A model generated the notes under the pieces. That model had not been told where the DNA came from. It did no database searches and worked only from the letters and a program-made list of their open reading frames with translations. Shown here one piece after another: positions 28,501 to 37,385 of a DNA stretch of 64,000 bases. The stretch is from a bacterium. GTDB lineage: Bacteria > Babelota > Babeliae > Babelales > JABJEI01. The stretch's first letter is position 1, and every line of letters begins with the position of its first letter. Location: positions 9,129 to 73,128 of the forward strand of contig JABJEI010000019.1 of assembly GCA_018663245.1 (NCBI GenBank), given 5' to 3'. Made by a program: the position numbers and the translations under genes.

Positions 28501-31041
28501 GAACTTAAAGCGAAGGCTGTAGATAAGGCTGTGCAAGTACAGAAAGATATTGAGCAACAAAAGCTGGCTTACAATAAAAAATTAGCTAGTCTTAGTCGTC
28601 AAAATAAAACATTGACCCAAAATAACGCTGACACGCAAAAACAAGTTACGAGGCTACAAGATAGTCTTAAGGCAGTTGAAGATTCGCTTACACAAGCACA
28701 GAAGGCTGCTGAGCAACAAAAACAAGCTCATGAACAAGAGCTGAATGTAAAGAAGCTAGCTAATAGACTCTTAACTAGCGAATTGAGTACTGCAAAGGCA
28801 AAGCTAACCGAACAAGGCGATAGCCTGAATAAACTTGAGCTTGAAAATCAAAAAGTTATAGGTAGAAATAAAGACTTCGTAAATAATTCAGTATTAAAAG
28901 CTAGGCAAGCACAGAAAAAGATTGAGCAACAAAATAAAGAGCTGAATGCACAAAGTTTAATCAACAAAAGCTTAACTACTAAGCTGAATGTAGTAGAACA
29001 AGCATTGAGTGATAAAGCTGCAGATTTGAATGCTTTAGAAGCTGAAAAGAAAACGCTTAATAAGAATGTTGTTTCGTTAACTACAAGTTCAGAAAAAGCT
29101 GATAAGGCTACCAAGCTAGAGATTGAATCTCTTAATAGTCGCAATGCTGAGCTTAAAGCGAAGGCTGTAGATAAGGCTAAGCAAGTACAGAAAGATATTA
29201 AGAAACAAAAATTGGCTTATGAACAAGAGCTTGATGAGCGACGTAAAGCTAATGAAAGTACAGTCGCCAAGTTGGAAGCGGCGGAAAAAATATCTAATGA
29301 ACAGATGGTAAATTTAACTAACCTTGGTAATGAAAACAAGGCGCTTGATAAGAAAAACATAGAACTAATTAGACAGATTGTCCTGCTCAAGAAGCAAGGT
29401 GAAGATACGGTTACGCAAGTTCAGATTGCTTCAGAGCAACAAAAGAAAGCTTACAAACAAGAGTTGGATAAGTTGAAGGCGCAACGCGACTTGGATGTTC
29501 AGAAGCTTAAGGAAAGCAATAAGCAGGCTTTAGCTGCAGCTAATAAGACGCAGATTGAACGAGAAGATAAGGCTCAACAGGAACTTAATGAGCAACAAAA
29601 GAATTCAGACAGGCTGCTTGCTGAACAAGAAGCAAAACTGCGCAAAGAACTGGCTGATGCTGTGAGTAATCAAAGAAAGCAGCTTAAGAAAAATATGACA
29701 AGAGAATTGAGTAAGCAAAAAAATAAGTTAAATAATGAAAAAATTACAAAAATTAACGAAGCTGAGCAGAAGTTTGCTAAATCGCTGCAAGAAGCTATAG
29801 ATTCAAAAGAAACGTCTGACAAGCAGGCTAAGCAAGCTAAAGAGCGTTATATTCAGTCGCAATTGAGTGCTAAAAAAGAACTCGATAAGCAGAGAATAGC
29901 TAATTCGACTAAACTTTCTGAACAAAAAAAATCGCACGACTTGGCACTAGCCAAAGCGTTACAAAAACTACAGTTTGCGGCCAAAGATCAGAAGGCAAAG
30001 TTTACAAAAGAGCTTGCATCACAACAAAAAATTAATGGTGATCAGGTTAAAGACCTCGCAACTTTAAAGACAAAATTAGATAAACAAGCGGATACTTTGG
30101 GCAATACTGAGTCCAAAAATAAAACGCTTGAAATAGAAAAGAGTAATCTTGAGAAGATGATTGCAGAATTAAGAGCTAAAATAGCTCAACAGCAAAAGTC
30201 TTCAGCCTCGCAGATTTCTACCTTGACCCAAGCATTGGCTTCAAAATCTACTGGATCAAATAAGGATGTTCAGAATCTGATATCGATTAAAGACCAGAAG
30301 ATTGACCAGCTAGAAACGCAGGCCAAGCAATACGAACAAAATTTAGGAAACCAGCTTGCGATTAGCGTGCAGGAGCGTAAAAACCATCAGCAACAAGTTG
30401 ATACCCTAGATAAGCAAAATGCGCGTAACATTACCAATATCAAGCGACACAATCAACAGCAAGTGCAACAAAAACAGCGTAGAATAGATATACTTGAGCG
30501 ACAGCTGTTGAATGTGCATCGGGGTAATTTTTCTGAGGATGTAAATCAATCCATGAACGATGATTTAATTGAAACGCTTCAACGGCAACGGGCCGAAAAT
30601 CAATCTTTGCGCACGCAATTAAGTGATGTTCAACAAACGACAAGCGCTACATCGAAACCAATTTTATCAACTACTCCAGTTATTGTGAAAAGAGTTGTGT
30701 CGACAGTTAGTAGCAAAAAACCTGTGAAGCCAACAAAGCAAACATTAATATCAAAGATTGCTGCACTTCTACCGAGCGAGATTCAAATTGATAATGGTAG
30801 TGAAAGTGATTCTGACACAGAGTCCGACATCTCTGATACATCATCAGTTAATTCAGATGATGCAGAATCAACAACTTCGACAGACTCTAATTCATCTAGT
30901 TCTTCTAGATCACCACAATCAAGTACGCAAACAAACACTAGCCAAGATTCAACCTCATGGTGGACAAGGCTGCTTTATGCAACCGGCGTAGGTGTTGGTG
31001 TTGCTTCGTTTGTTTTCTTTGGAATACCGCTAGTTCTTTAA
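25561..31041 (+). CDS. Giant (~1,826 aa) coiled-coil protein with N-terminal signal peptide/TM and C-terminal TM anchor
   Basis: MKNLNILSFLAFLLVAVQAPIFS N-terminus. About 1,600 aa of K/E/Q/L-rich heptad-like sequence with internal repeats. S/T/D-rich linker. C-terminal WWTRLLYATGVGVGVASFVFFGIPLVL. Confidence 0.8.
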   Translation: MKNLNILSFLAFLLVAVQAPIFSMQKQLLTDRSTGQNVKSIVNIDTAKNRARVLQRHSVINDPNANPLRAISHQVPVANDLKKIKKSEQKVVSDLFDHEANYSIDTDSIDYDAFNLSDEPKVSLSDAAEAMAGFSEGLKSLYVYGKTALANAAIRRLKGPNKQGSQNEPVKQTADDIRASVDLATIMNIINGAQRAKKAFDISQVKIAFLNKEVASLKDQNATNKSERTLVDKRLSEQNKISEQMQNRLQAMNTNAAKLEAQLRQEVQKSKGDQTKISKRLDRLGEDLKKSQIANAKFVDRINQSKSANIGLENQLAQKNLSFTDLQTQFDELQSKLEAQLERERQSTDLEKTTTDELNRFKEQVKKLEGKNTTLENNNAQIKQDHEKQQEEHLKDKMAFQENNDALKNKIELAKQKITSTEMNVEAIKKATKARHEKDKEDIEQMKILQQEALDKQNALDDKLKAKEQENISLKNNNVAISNELELARESFRGDSKKLLELIESTKAQISKSKNKLAEQQKINEDLKSQLDGAHNTLDEQATKLAEENKKHAEREGKLEAQIKQANDANLALTKKNNEAARDQTHTYEQELAKQEAKLGREKQKNELLELHNNDILTKFNSDRAGFKEDKEKLVAMEASTKATLVEASKKHAEREGQLGTQIKQANDSNLVLTQKNLEIQKQATELQKSLTKAKASTAAQAKTAEISRKQKEEEYKVNLEKLNTKSDEQAKRLVSLDKEYNELEWRFKHNLYELNKKHTSELKVEKQKRDKTEQDLKKSQINLSAALKRSKKFKESLEDQGKRLEFETRALRLEEEKLSLAVEQQKIAAEESKNKLVKKQRLLEGLQTKLTQLEDQLGAQIKQATDTKAVLTKKNVEAQKRATELQESLTKAKDKTSQVQNATIQQKLVYEQKLDKQREKFKSEFSLMEQKSKNKAADFSALEAENKTLNKNITSLTTSAKEADKASKNKIESLNSLNAELKAKAVDKAVQVQKDIEQQKLAYNKKLASLSRQNKTLTQNNADTQKQVTRLQDSLKAVEDSLTQAQKAAEQQKQAHEQELNVKKLANRLLTSELSTAKAKLTEQGDSLNKLELENQKVIGRNKDFVNNSVLKARQAQKKIEQQNKELNAQSLINKSLTTKLNVVEQALSDKAADLNALEAEKKTLNKNVVSLTTSSEKADKATKLEIESLNSRNAELKAKAVDKAKQVQKDIKKQKLAYEQELDERRKANESTVAKLEAAEKISNEQMVNLTNLGNENKALDKKNIELIRQIVLLKKQGEDTVTQVQIASEQQKKAYKQELDKLKAQRDLDVQKLKESNKQALAAANKTQIEREDKAQQELNEQQKNSDRLLAEQEAKLRKELADAVSNQRKQLKKNMTRELSKQKNKLNNEKITKINEAEQKFAKSLQEAIDSKETSDKQAKQAKERYIQSQLSAKKELDKQRIANSTKLSEQKKSHDLALAKALQKLQFAAKDQKAKFTKELASQQKINGDQVKDLATLKTKLDKQADTLGNTESKNKTLEIEKSNLEKMIAELRAKIAQQQKSSASQISTLTQALASKSTGSNKDVQNLISIKDQKIDQLETQAKQYEQNLGNQLAISVQERKNHQQQVDTLDKQNARNITNIKRHNQQQVQQKQRRIDILERQLLNVHRGNFSEDVNQSMNDDLIETLQRQRAENQSLRTQLSDVQQTTSATSKPILSTTPVIVKRVVSTVSSKKPVKPTKQTLISKIAALLPSEIQIDNGSESDSDTESDISDTSSVNSDDAESTTSTDSNSSSSSRSPQSSTQTNTSQDSTSWWTRLLYATGVGVGVASFVFFGIPLVL

Positions 31042-31152
31042 TTGCGGACTCTTCTTTTAATTCTATGCCAAGCTTGACCCATTTCTTGAGTCGTTTTACC
31101 CTTATAGGGGCCATTAGTCTATTTTTTTGTATGAATATTTGAGGGCATTGTG

Positions 31153-31557
31153 ATGGATAGCAAGGCAACGATACAGGAGCTTAGAGCATTTGTTGATGCT
31201 TTTGTAATAGAGCGCAATTGGAAGCCAATGCATACACCTGCAAGCTTAGCGACGGCTATTAGCCTAGAATCCTCAGAATTACTGCAAATCTTCCAGTGGT
31301 CTTCTCCGGAAGACGGTCCTAGGATTTTAAAAGACCGGCAGCAAGAGATTTCGGACGAGGTCGCCGATGTTGCGATTACCTTGATTGCCTTTTGCAATAT
31401 AACAGGTTTGGATCTTGACACAGCAGTTCGGCAAAAACTGGCAAAACAGGCATTAAAATACCCTGTTGTGTCGGGTCAGAATGCTATGAACAAGCAAGAG
31501 CTTTATTCTTTGGTGCAGGCACAAAGGGCAACTTTTAATAAAGCCAAAACTAGTTAA
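31153..31557 (+). CDS. MazG-like nucleotide pyrophosphohydrolase
   Basis: ERNW..HTPASLATAISLESSELLQIFQW and EISDEVADVAITLIAFCN (EExxE/D metal-binding helices of the all-alpha NTP-PPase fold). Confidence 0.72.
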   Translation: MDSKATIQELRAFVDAFVIERNWKPMHTPASLATAISLESSELLQIFQWSSPEDGPRILKDRQQEISDEVADVAITLIAFCNITGLDLDTAVRQKLAKQALKYPVVSGQNAMNKQELYSLVQAQRATFNKAKTS

Positions 31558-31593
31558 AAATAATTATACGTCTGATAACGCATAAGGTGACCA

Positions 31594-32115
31594 ATGTCTT
31601 TTAAACATATCCCTACCGGTGAACACGCTCCCCAAAAAGTTAATGCGATAGTGGAAATCCCACGCAATTCGCAAACAAAGTATGAATACAATGAGATTCT
31701 TGACTGCATAGAAGTTGATAGAGTTTTATTTTCGTCGCAATTTTACCCAATTGATTACGGCTTTATTCCGCAAACGCGTTCTTTGGACGGTGACCAGCTG
31801 GACATCATGGTTCTTATTTCAACGCCACTTATGCCAGGCAGCCTTATTAAGGTGAGACCGGTTGGCATGTTAGACATGATTGATGGCGGAGCTCCTGATG
31901 CTAAAATTATCGCTGTCGCTGACTGTGACCCGCGTGTAAGCACAATACAAAGCATCGAGGACATTTCTGAGTCTCGGCGCAATGAGATTGAGAACTTCTT
32001 TGCTACTTACAAGTTGCTTGAAAAAAAAGAGATTGAAATAACCGGGTGGAAAAATAAAGAAGCTGCTTATGCCAAGATTAATGAGGCTATTGAGCGATTC
32101 AAGAATGAGGGTTAG
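31594..32115 (+). CDS. ppa: Inorganic pyrophosphatase (family I)
   Basis: 173 aa. EIPRNSQTKYEY, YPIDYGFIPQT, DGDQLDIMVL and DGGAPDAKIIAV. Confidence 0.92.
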   Translation: MSFKHIPTGEHAPQKVNAIVEIPRNSQTKYEYNEILDCIEVDRVLFSSQFYPIDYGFIPQTRSLDGDQLDIMVLISTPLMPGSLIKVRPVGMLDMIDGGAPDAKIIAVADCDPRVSTIQSIEDISESRRNEIENFFATYKLLEKKEIEITGWKNKEAAYAKINEAIERFKNEG

Positions 32116-32204
32116 GGGCTTTATACCCCTCATACACCCTCCCGAACTATTGTTCTTTTTTTCTTAAACTCTTTCTTTTCTTACAAACAAATCGTTATTT
32201 AATT

Positions 32205-32619
32205 TTTTAGCAAGGGGTTACTCGCCTAACCCCTTGCATACAATGGCGCCAAAGGAAAACCTTTGGAATCCTTACGCAGAAAACATTGCAACCAGAAGCT
32301 AACGCTTTTAGGTTGCTTCAAACAGTTCAGCTAATCATGAAGACCTTTAGAAATTTACTTTGTGCGCAACTTGCCAATCCTGAGAAACCTGAAGTCTCGG
32401 CGTAGCCTTTGGCGAAGACGGATCGAGCTAAAGCTCTGCAATTTCTTCAACAGTCCTGTCCGGCGAAGCTTTACGCGAAGCCTGGAACACGCTAAGCGTA
32501 GTTGTTTTTAGAAGGTCTCTCCGATCTGCCTAGTTGTGAAAAAACACTCTCTCCTTTGTCATCCCCGGACTTCATGCCCTTCGTAGCTGTTAAGCGAAGT
32601 AGGGTGAACGGGGATCCAG
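32205..32619. repeat. Mosaic of dispersed repeat modules (hairpin 1, hairpin 2, linker modules, GCGAAGC-TTTR-GCGAAG module, 'gtcatcccc..ggggatccag' unit with expanded loop)
   Basis: Module-by-module matches to 48387-48651, 52681-52930 (reverse complement), 1637-1750 and 33702-33732. Confidence 0.8.
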
Positions 32620-32820
32620 GACTAATTTTCCTTCCTAAATATATGAAACTGTATAATAGCGGTGCAGTATGCGTAGTAAATGACTACAAAGTCGGCTTTG
32701 ATGCACCCGTTTTTACACACAAAGTATTGCAATTAGAGTAATAATTGTGCTACGATAAATGTAATAAGAGGGGCCATAAAGGCGCCTTAAAAAGAGTTAT
32801 TATTCATGAAGGAGTTTGAA

Positions 32821-33276
32821 ATGAAAAAAATATTGATTGGTTTTATTGCCCTAACTTTTGCGGCAGTATCTATTGGTGGCAGTGTTCGTAATGCTTTTGA
32901 GGATTACATGAGGCACGAAGAGCCTGACATGATAAGAGAAATGGAATATCGAATGGGGGAGGCTAGTTTACGTGGGCAAGATCTGCAAAGGGAATTAAAC
33001 CGTGTAAGGCCCTTAAAATATATGGCCTGGCTAAAAGAAAAAATTAGTCAATTGTTCAGCGATTATAAAACAGCATATGGTCGTAAACGGGATGATATAA
33101 GGCGAGAGCTGATTGAGGCGCGTAAGGAACTTTCTAGTTTCTTTGCTCCAAACCTGAGAAGAAGACTTTTATGGCCAAAAGAAGAAATCAACTATGAAGT
33201 ACGTGCTGAAGATGAAGAAAATCTTCTTGAGCGAGCTCGTGAGCTAGAGTTGCCGGTAGGTAACATTATTCTGTAA
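32821..33276 (+). CDS. Hypothetical secreted protein (151 aa), charged/helical
   Basis: AAGGAG lies 6 nt upstream of the ATG at 32821. Signal peptide MKKILIGFIALTFAAVSIGG. Confidence 0.6.
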   Translation: MKKILIGFIALTFAAVSIGGSVRNAFEDYMRHEEPDMIREMEYRMGEASLRGQDLQRELNRVRPLKYMAWLKEKISQLFSDYKTAYGRKRDDIRRELIEARKELSSFFAPNLRRRLLWPKEEINYEVRAEDEENLLERARELELPVGNIIL

Positions 33277-33299
33277 CTTTTTTGATATGGCTTACATTC

Positions 33300-33325
33300 G
33301 GGGTGGCTAAAGCCGCCCCTTTTTT
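33300..33325. terminator. Bidirectional terminator between convergent genes
   Basis: ggggtggc-taaa-gccgcccc stem followed by tttttt. Overlaps the eamA stop codon. Confidence 0.75.
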
Positions 33326-34247
33326 ATGCCAAATTTTTATCGTTGCCGCCAAGATGGAACAAGAGGAGCCCACCGCTTACAAGCGCAACAGAGCTCCAAA
33401 ATGACCACGAAACAGCTTCGCCAAGCATAAGCCAGCCAAATAAAGCTGCAAACAGCGGTGTGCTTAGGCCAGCAAGTGCCATGAATGTTGCACTGTAACG
33501 GCGCAAAAGATATCCGTACAGGTTGTAACAGATAAAGTTAGATATTAGTGCCATAGCAAGCATAATTTTAATAAATGGCCACCAACTTGTTATTAGAGGG
33601 CCGGTACTTACTCCAAAGAAGTGTGTATGGCCTAGTGCAATTGCTCCACCGATTGTCATAGCATAGCCGTTGGCAAGTATCGGGCTTACGCCTAACTTGG
33701 GCCTGCCCGGCGAAGCTTTACGCGAAGCCTGGGTTAACTTTTTCATACCAATCCAACCAAGCACGGTTGCCGTTGATGCGCCAAGCATAGCTAGCTCAGG
33801 CCACGACAAAAAACCAACCGCTGACAATTCTGCCTTGGTATTCCAGAGTAAAGCTGGAACAAAGCCAAAAATACCTATAATAATCCCAATCCACTGTCGT
33901 TTGCGTAATCGTTCAGAAAACGCTCCGTACGATACTAATGCAGTAATAAACGGCGACAGGCTGTATATAAAACAGGTCTTTGCAGCGCTCATGTGCTGCA
34001 AAGACCAAAGTTCTAAAACATTTGTTACGTATATTCCAAGGAAGGCGAGCAAGAATAAAGCTGGTATGTCTTTGCGCTTGAGCTTAATTGTGCCGTGCCT
34101 AAATCCATGCCATGCAAGCATTAACAGGCCAGAACAAAGCATACGAAGACCAACAGCAAAAGCTGGAGTCGTGTAGGTTACGGCCATGCTGCCTAGCGGA
34201 AAGGCGAGCGCAAAAAGCGCAAATAGCGCAAAAACTAGCAAAATCAT
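33324..34247 (-). CDS. EamA/DMT-family transporter (10-TM) carrying a repeat-derived insert in the central loop
   Basis: Two EamA-like halves of hydrophobic helices. The central loop ..TQASRKASPGRPKLG.. is encoded by a 26-nt exact copy of an intergenic repeat module. Confidence 0.8.
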   Translation of the reverse strand: MILLVFALFALFALAFPLGSMAVTYTTPAFAVGLRMLCSGLLMLAWHGFRHGTIKLKRKDIPALFLLAFLGIYVTNVLELWSLQHMSAAKTCFIYSLSPFITALVSYGAFSERLRKRQWIGIIIGIFGFVPALLWNTKAELSAVGFLSWPELAMLGASTATVLGWIGMKKLTQASRKASPGRPKLGVSPILANGYAMTIGGAIALGHTHFFGVSTGPLITSWWPFIKIMLAMALISNFICYNLYGYLLRRYSATFMALAGLSTPLFAALFGWLMLGEAVSWSFWSSVALVSGGLLLFHLGGNDKNLA

Positions 34248-34249
34248 CG

Positions 34250-35068
34250 TCAGGCAGTAGCATCGAAGTTGAAATCGTTATCTACGATATGTACTCGTTC
34301 AATAGCTGTTGCTTTGCCGCTGACTGAATTAATCGTTATACATACGCCAGAAAGCACTCCCGGTCCTTGAGTTTCTACTGTGAAGCGATTAGGCATCGCA
34401 GTAGTGAAGGCGTTTACAACCGCCCCTTTTTGCACGCCTATGATGGAATCCTGTGCACCAGCCATGCCAAGATCGGTAACAAAGGCGGTTCCATTGGGCA
34501 TAATACGCTCATCCGACGTTGGTACGTGAGTATGTGTTCCAACAACACCGCTTACTGTCCCATCAAGATAGTTAGCAAGTGCAGCCTTTTCTGAGGTTGC
34601 TTCTGCATGGACGTCTACCAGTATCACCTTTGTTTTAGTGGCTAGGTATGAGACTGCAGATTTAGCTGAGCGGAATGGGCAGTCAATGTTGTCAAACATG
34701 AATACTCTACCCTGTACGTTTATAACGCCAACGGTAGTACCTTTGCACAAAAATGTGGCAACACCTGTACCAGGACAGGTGTTGGGGTAGTTGTTTGGGC
34801 GTAATAGCGTTTTGTTCTCAGCGAGATAGCCATAGATCTCTTTGCGTCGCCAGATATGGTTGCCAGTGGTAATTATATCAACACCTTTTTCCATAAAAAA
34901 CTTTGCAATGCGAGGAGTTATTCCCTTACCCTGAGCGCTGTTTTCGCCGTTTACGATTAGGGCATCTACCTTATATTGTTCGCGCAGCGAGGCAATATGT
35001 TTTTCAAACATTGCGAGCCCCGGTGCTCCAACGATGTCTCCCAAAAGTAGGACTCGTATTTCTGCCAT
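34250..35068 (-). CDS. YmdB-like metallophosphoesterase (2',3'-cyclic-nucleotide phosphodiesterase family)
   Basis: RVLLLGDIVG, NGENSAQGKGIT, TTGNHIW, VDVHAEATSEK and GTHTHVPT motifs. Directly downstream of rny, which is the conserved rny-ymdB pairing. Confidence 0.85.
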   Translation of the reverse strand: MAEIRVLLLGDIVGAPGLAMFEKHIASLREQYKVDALIVNGENSAQGKGITPRIAKFFMEKGVDIITTGNHIWRRKEIYGYLAENKTLLRPNNYPNTCPGTGVATFLCKGTTVGVINVQGRVFMFDNIDCPFRSAKSAVSYLATKTKVILVDVHAEATSEKAALANYLDGTVSGVVGTHTHVPTSDERIMPNGTAFVTDLGMAGAQDSIIGVQKGAVVNAFTTAMPNRFTVETQGPGVLSGVCITINSVSGKATAIERVHIVDNDFNFDATA

Positions 35069-35072
35069 TATT

Positions 35073-36632
35073 CTACCTCGCATACTCTATTGAGCGGGTT
35101 TCTCTGATGACGTTTACTTTGATTTGACCAGGGAAGGCCATATCAGTTTCAACTTTTTTTGCGATATTGCGAGCCATCTCACGAGCTTGATCATCATTCA
35201 TGAAGTTTTCTTCGACAATGACGCGGACTTCACGTCCTGCTTGTAAGGCAAATGCCTTCTTAATTCCGTCAAAGCCGTAAGCAATTTCTTCAAGTTTTTC
35301 AAGCCGTTTTATGTAGGCTGCTAATGTTTCGCGACGGGCTCCTGGCCTGCAAGCCGAGATTGTGTCAGCGATAACAACCAACACGGAATAAACAGATTCA
35401 AATGGAACCTCTTCATGATGAGCTGCAATAGCATTTATTATGAGTGGTTCTTCGCCGCAACGTTTGGCAATATCTCCACCGATGATAGCATGCGGTCCTT
35501 CGACTTCTGCCGAAACAGCTTTACCGATATCATGTAGTAAGCCTGCACGCATTGCTTTTCTACCATCAAGGCCAAGTTCATCAGCGATCATGCCGGCAAA
35601 CCGTGCAACCTCTTTGGAGTGCAATAGTACATTTTGCGAAAAACTAGTTCTGAAGTGAAGTCTACCAAGAAGTGTAACCATCTCAGGATGTAATCCTTGT
35701 AGATTCATCTCAAGTATTGTTTTTGTTCCATACTCTTGAATGATCTCATCTATATCTGACTCGGTCAGTTTAACGATTTCTTCAATGCGAGTTGGGTTGA
35801 TTCTGCCGTCAGAGACAAGCTTTTCAAGAGATCTTCGGGCTACTTCGCGACGAATTGGGTTGAAGCCAGAGATGGTAATAATTTCCGGCGTATCGCCGAT
35901 AACAAACTCCATGCCCGTTGCCATTTCTAACGCTTTAATATTGCGGCCCTCTTTACCAATGATTCGCCCCTTCATGTCATCACTTGGAAGATGCACAACC
36001 CCTGATGCATGCGGTGCAACAGAGTCAGCCGTGTAGCGTTGCATTGCTGTTGTAACGATTCCGACAGCTTTTTCTTTAGCTACCTTACGAGTATCTTCTT
36101 CAACCTTTTGTATCCATTTTTGGCTGGTTAATTTGACCTCGGACTCAAGAGTTTGCAAAAGCGCCTTCTTAGCGTCGTCACGACTCATGCCGACTATATT
36201 CTCAAGTTTCTGTATAAGTTCGTTATACAGTCCCTTAATTTTTGTCTCATCGGCATGTAATGAATCGGATCGCCGTAGTAAATTGCGTTCGAGCTGCTGT
36301 AGGTTGTCTTTTGAATCTTGCAAAGCTGATTCGTTGCGAGATAGGTTGTCTGATCTAAGAGAAAGCTTGTTCTGAACTCTTTCAAGCTCAATTCGCTCTT
36401 TCTTAATCTCAAACCTTGATTCGTTACGCTTGCGATATAACTCATCTCTAAGCTTTGACAAAGCGTCACGACGCCGTATTTCGGCATCTCTGGTTGCAGC
36501 TTCGAGTTTTCTCTTCGCCTGTTTAAATAAAGCTTTTGCTTTGTTTTGTTGACGATATGCAGCGAAATATGCACCAGCAACAGCAATAATAGCAACTGCG
36601 CTTACCAAGAGAGAAATGTAAAAATATAACAT
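35073..36632 (-). CDS. rny: Ribonuclease Y
   Basis: N-terminal TM helix, coiled coil, KH domain (GRIIGKEGRNIKALE), HD domain (LLHDIGKA). 519 aa. Confidence 0.93.
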   Translation of the reverse strand: MLYFYISLLVSAVAIIAVAGAYFAAYRQQNKAKALFKQAKRKLEAATRDAEIRRRDALSKLRDELYRKRNESRFEIKKERIELERVQNKLSLRSDNLSRNESALQDSKDNLQQLERNLLRRSDSLHADETKIKGLYNELIQKLENIVGMSRDDAKKALLQTLESEVKLTSQKWIQKVEEDTRKVAKEKAVGIVTTAMQRYTADSVAPHASGVVHLPSDDMKGRIIGKEGRNIKALEMATGMEFVIGDTPEIITISGFNPIRREVARRSLEKLVSDGRINPTRIEEIVKLTESDIDEIIQEYGTKTILEMNLQGLHPEMVTLLGRLHFRTSFSQNVLLHSKEVARFAGMIADELGLDGRKAMRAGLLHDIGKAVSAEVEGPHAIIGGDIAKRCGEEPLIINAIAAHHEEVPFESVYSVLVVIADTISACRPGARRETLAAYIKRLEKLEEIAYGFDGIKKAFALQAGREVRVIVEENFMNDDQAREMARNIAKKVETDMAFPGQIKVNVIRETRSIEYAR

Positions 36633-36714
36633 AATAATCCCTGTCTTCTAATTTTGTACGCTTTTTAAAGCCGGTTAAAAAGTAAAAGCAAGGGGAGTAA
36701 TTATGCTGGGGGCA

Positions 36715-37008
36715 CTAAAGCGGTGTTTGGCAAGAAAGCACCTTGTCGACAGTGTCGCTCAATTGAGCAGTCGCTGTCTGGTAAGAAGCTAATTGCGACT
36801 CAAGCTTGATGCAATTGCTAGCTAGGCGTAATGCAGCTAATACGGCAACTTGACCCTCATTATTTGTGCCAGAAGCACGCATAATATTGGTCATAAGTTG
36901 GTCAACAGCTTTGGCACAGGCTTCAAGATGCTCCTGATCCTCGTCGCTTACAAATGCGTATATACGACCAAGGATAGTAATCTCTATTTTTCTTCTGGCC
37001 TCAACCAT
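36715..37008 (-). CDS. zapA: Cell division protein ZapA
   Basis: KIEITILGRIYAFVSDEDQEHLEACAKAVDQLM...VAVLAALRLA matches the ZapA fold pattern. The start at 37008 overlaps the upstream stop by 8 nt. Confidence 0.7.
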   Translation of the reverse strand: MVEARRKIEITILGRIYAFVSDEDQEHLEACAKAVDQLMTNIMRASGTNNEGQVAVLAALRLASNCIKLESQLASYQTATAQLSDTVDKVLSCQTPL

Positions 37009-37303
37009 CAGGCTGCTCCTCTTTGATAATCTGATCGATATCTTTGATGAGCTCGCCAATAGTAAAATTAACACCATCAAGCTTTTTAGCATGATCGGAC
37101 GAGCGCGTCGAATCCTGAACCAAAAAAGCAGCTTCAAAATCGGCAAGTTGTGTTTTTAACAAATCTTGCTCTTTAAGAAGCCGTTCTAGTTCATTTTTTT
37201 GTGCGCCAACCTGATGCAAAAACTGTTGCCGCTGTTCGCGTAGGTCGCTTATTAAGCAAATCAAAGACGCGACCTTTTTCTCAAGTTGTGCCAGCGCTTC
37301 CAT
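37001..37303 (-). CDS. Coiled-coil protein, ZapB-like (~100 aa)
   Basis: MEALAQLEKKVASLICLISDLREQ.. resembles the ZapB N-terminus. Coiled-coil composition and position directly upstream of zapA. Confidence 0.45.
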   Translation of the reverse strand: MEALAQLEKKVASLICLISDLREQRQQFLHQVGAQKNELERLLKEQDLLKTQLADFEAAFLVQDSTRSSDHAKKLDGVNFTIGELIKDIDQIIKEEQPDG

Positions 37304-37385
37304 TACACAGCCCTTTATTGCTCCACAGCCTACTCCACTTGCAACACACCCTAATAAAGGATGCTTTAGTGTGTCAAGCAAACAA

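Noticed and set aside
26715-29144. Minus-strand ORFs (92-154 aa) inside the giant coiled-coil gene.
   Set aside because: They are an antisense artefact of AAG/GAA/CAA-rich coding sequence (Leu/Phe/Ser/Cys-rich translations). The plus-strand ORF is continuous for 5.5 kb with a promoter.
32502-32741. A 79-aa ORF in the 32-kb intergenic region.
   Set aside because: It is composed of translated repeat modules (for example the gtcatcccc..ggggatccag unit). It has a TTG start, no Shine-Dalgarno sequence, and the same modules occur in both orientations elsewhere.
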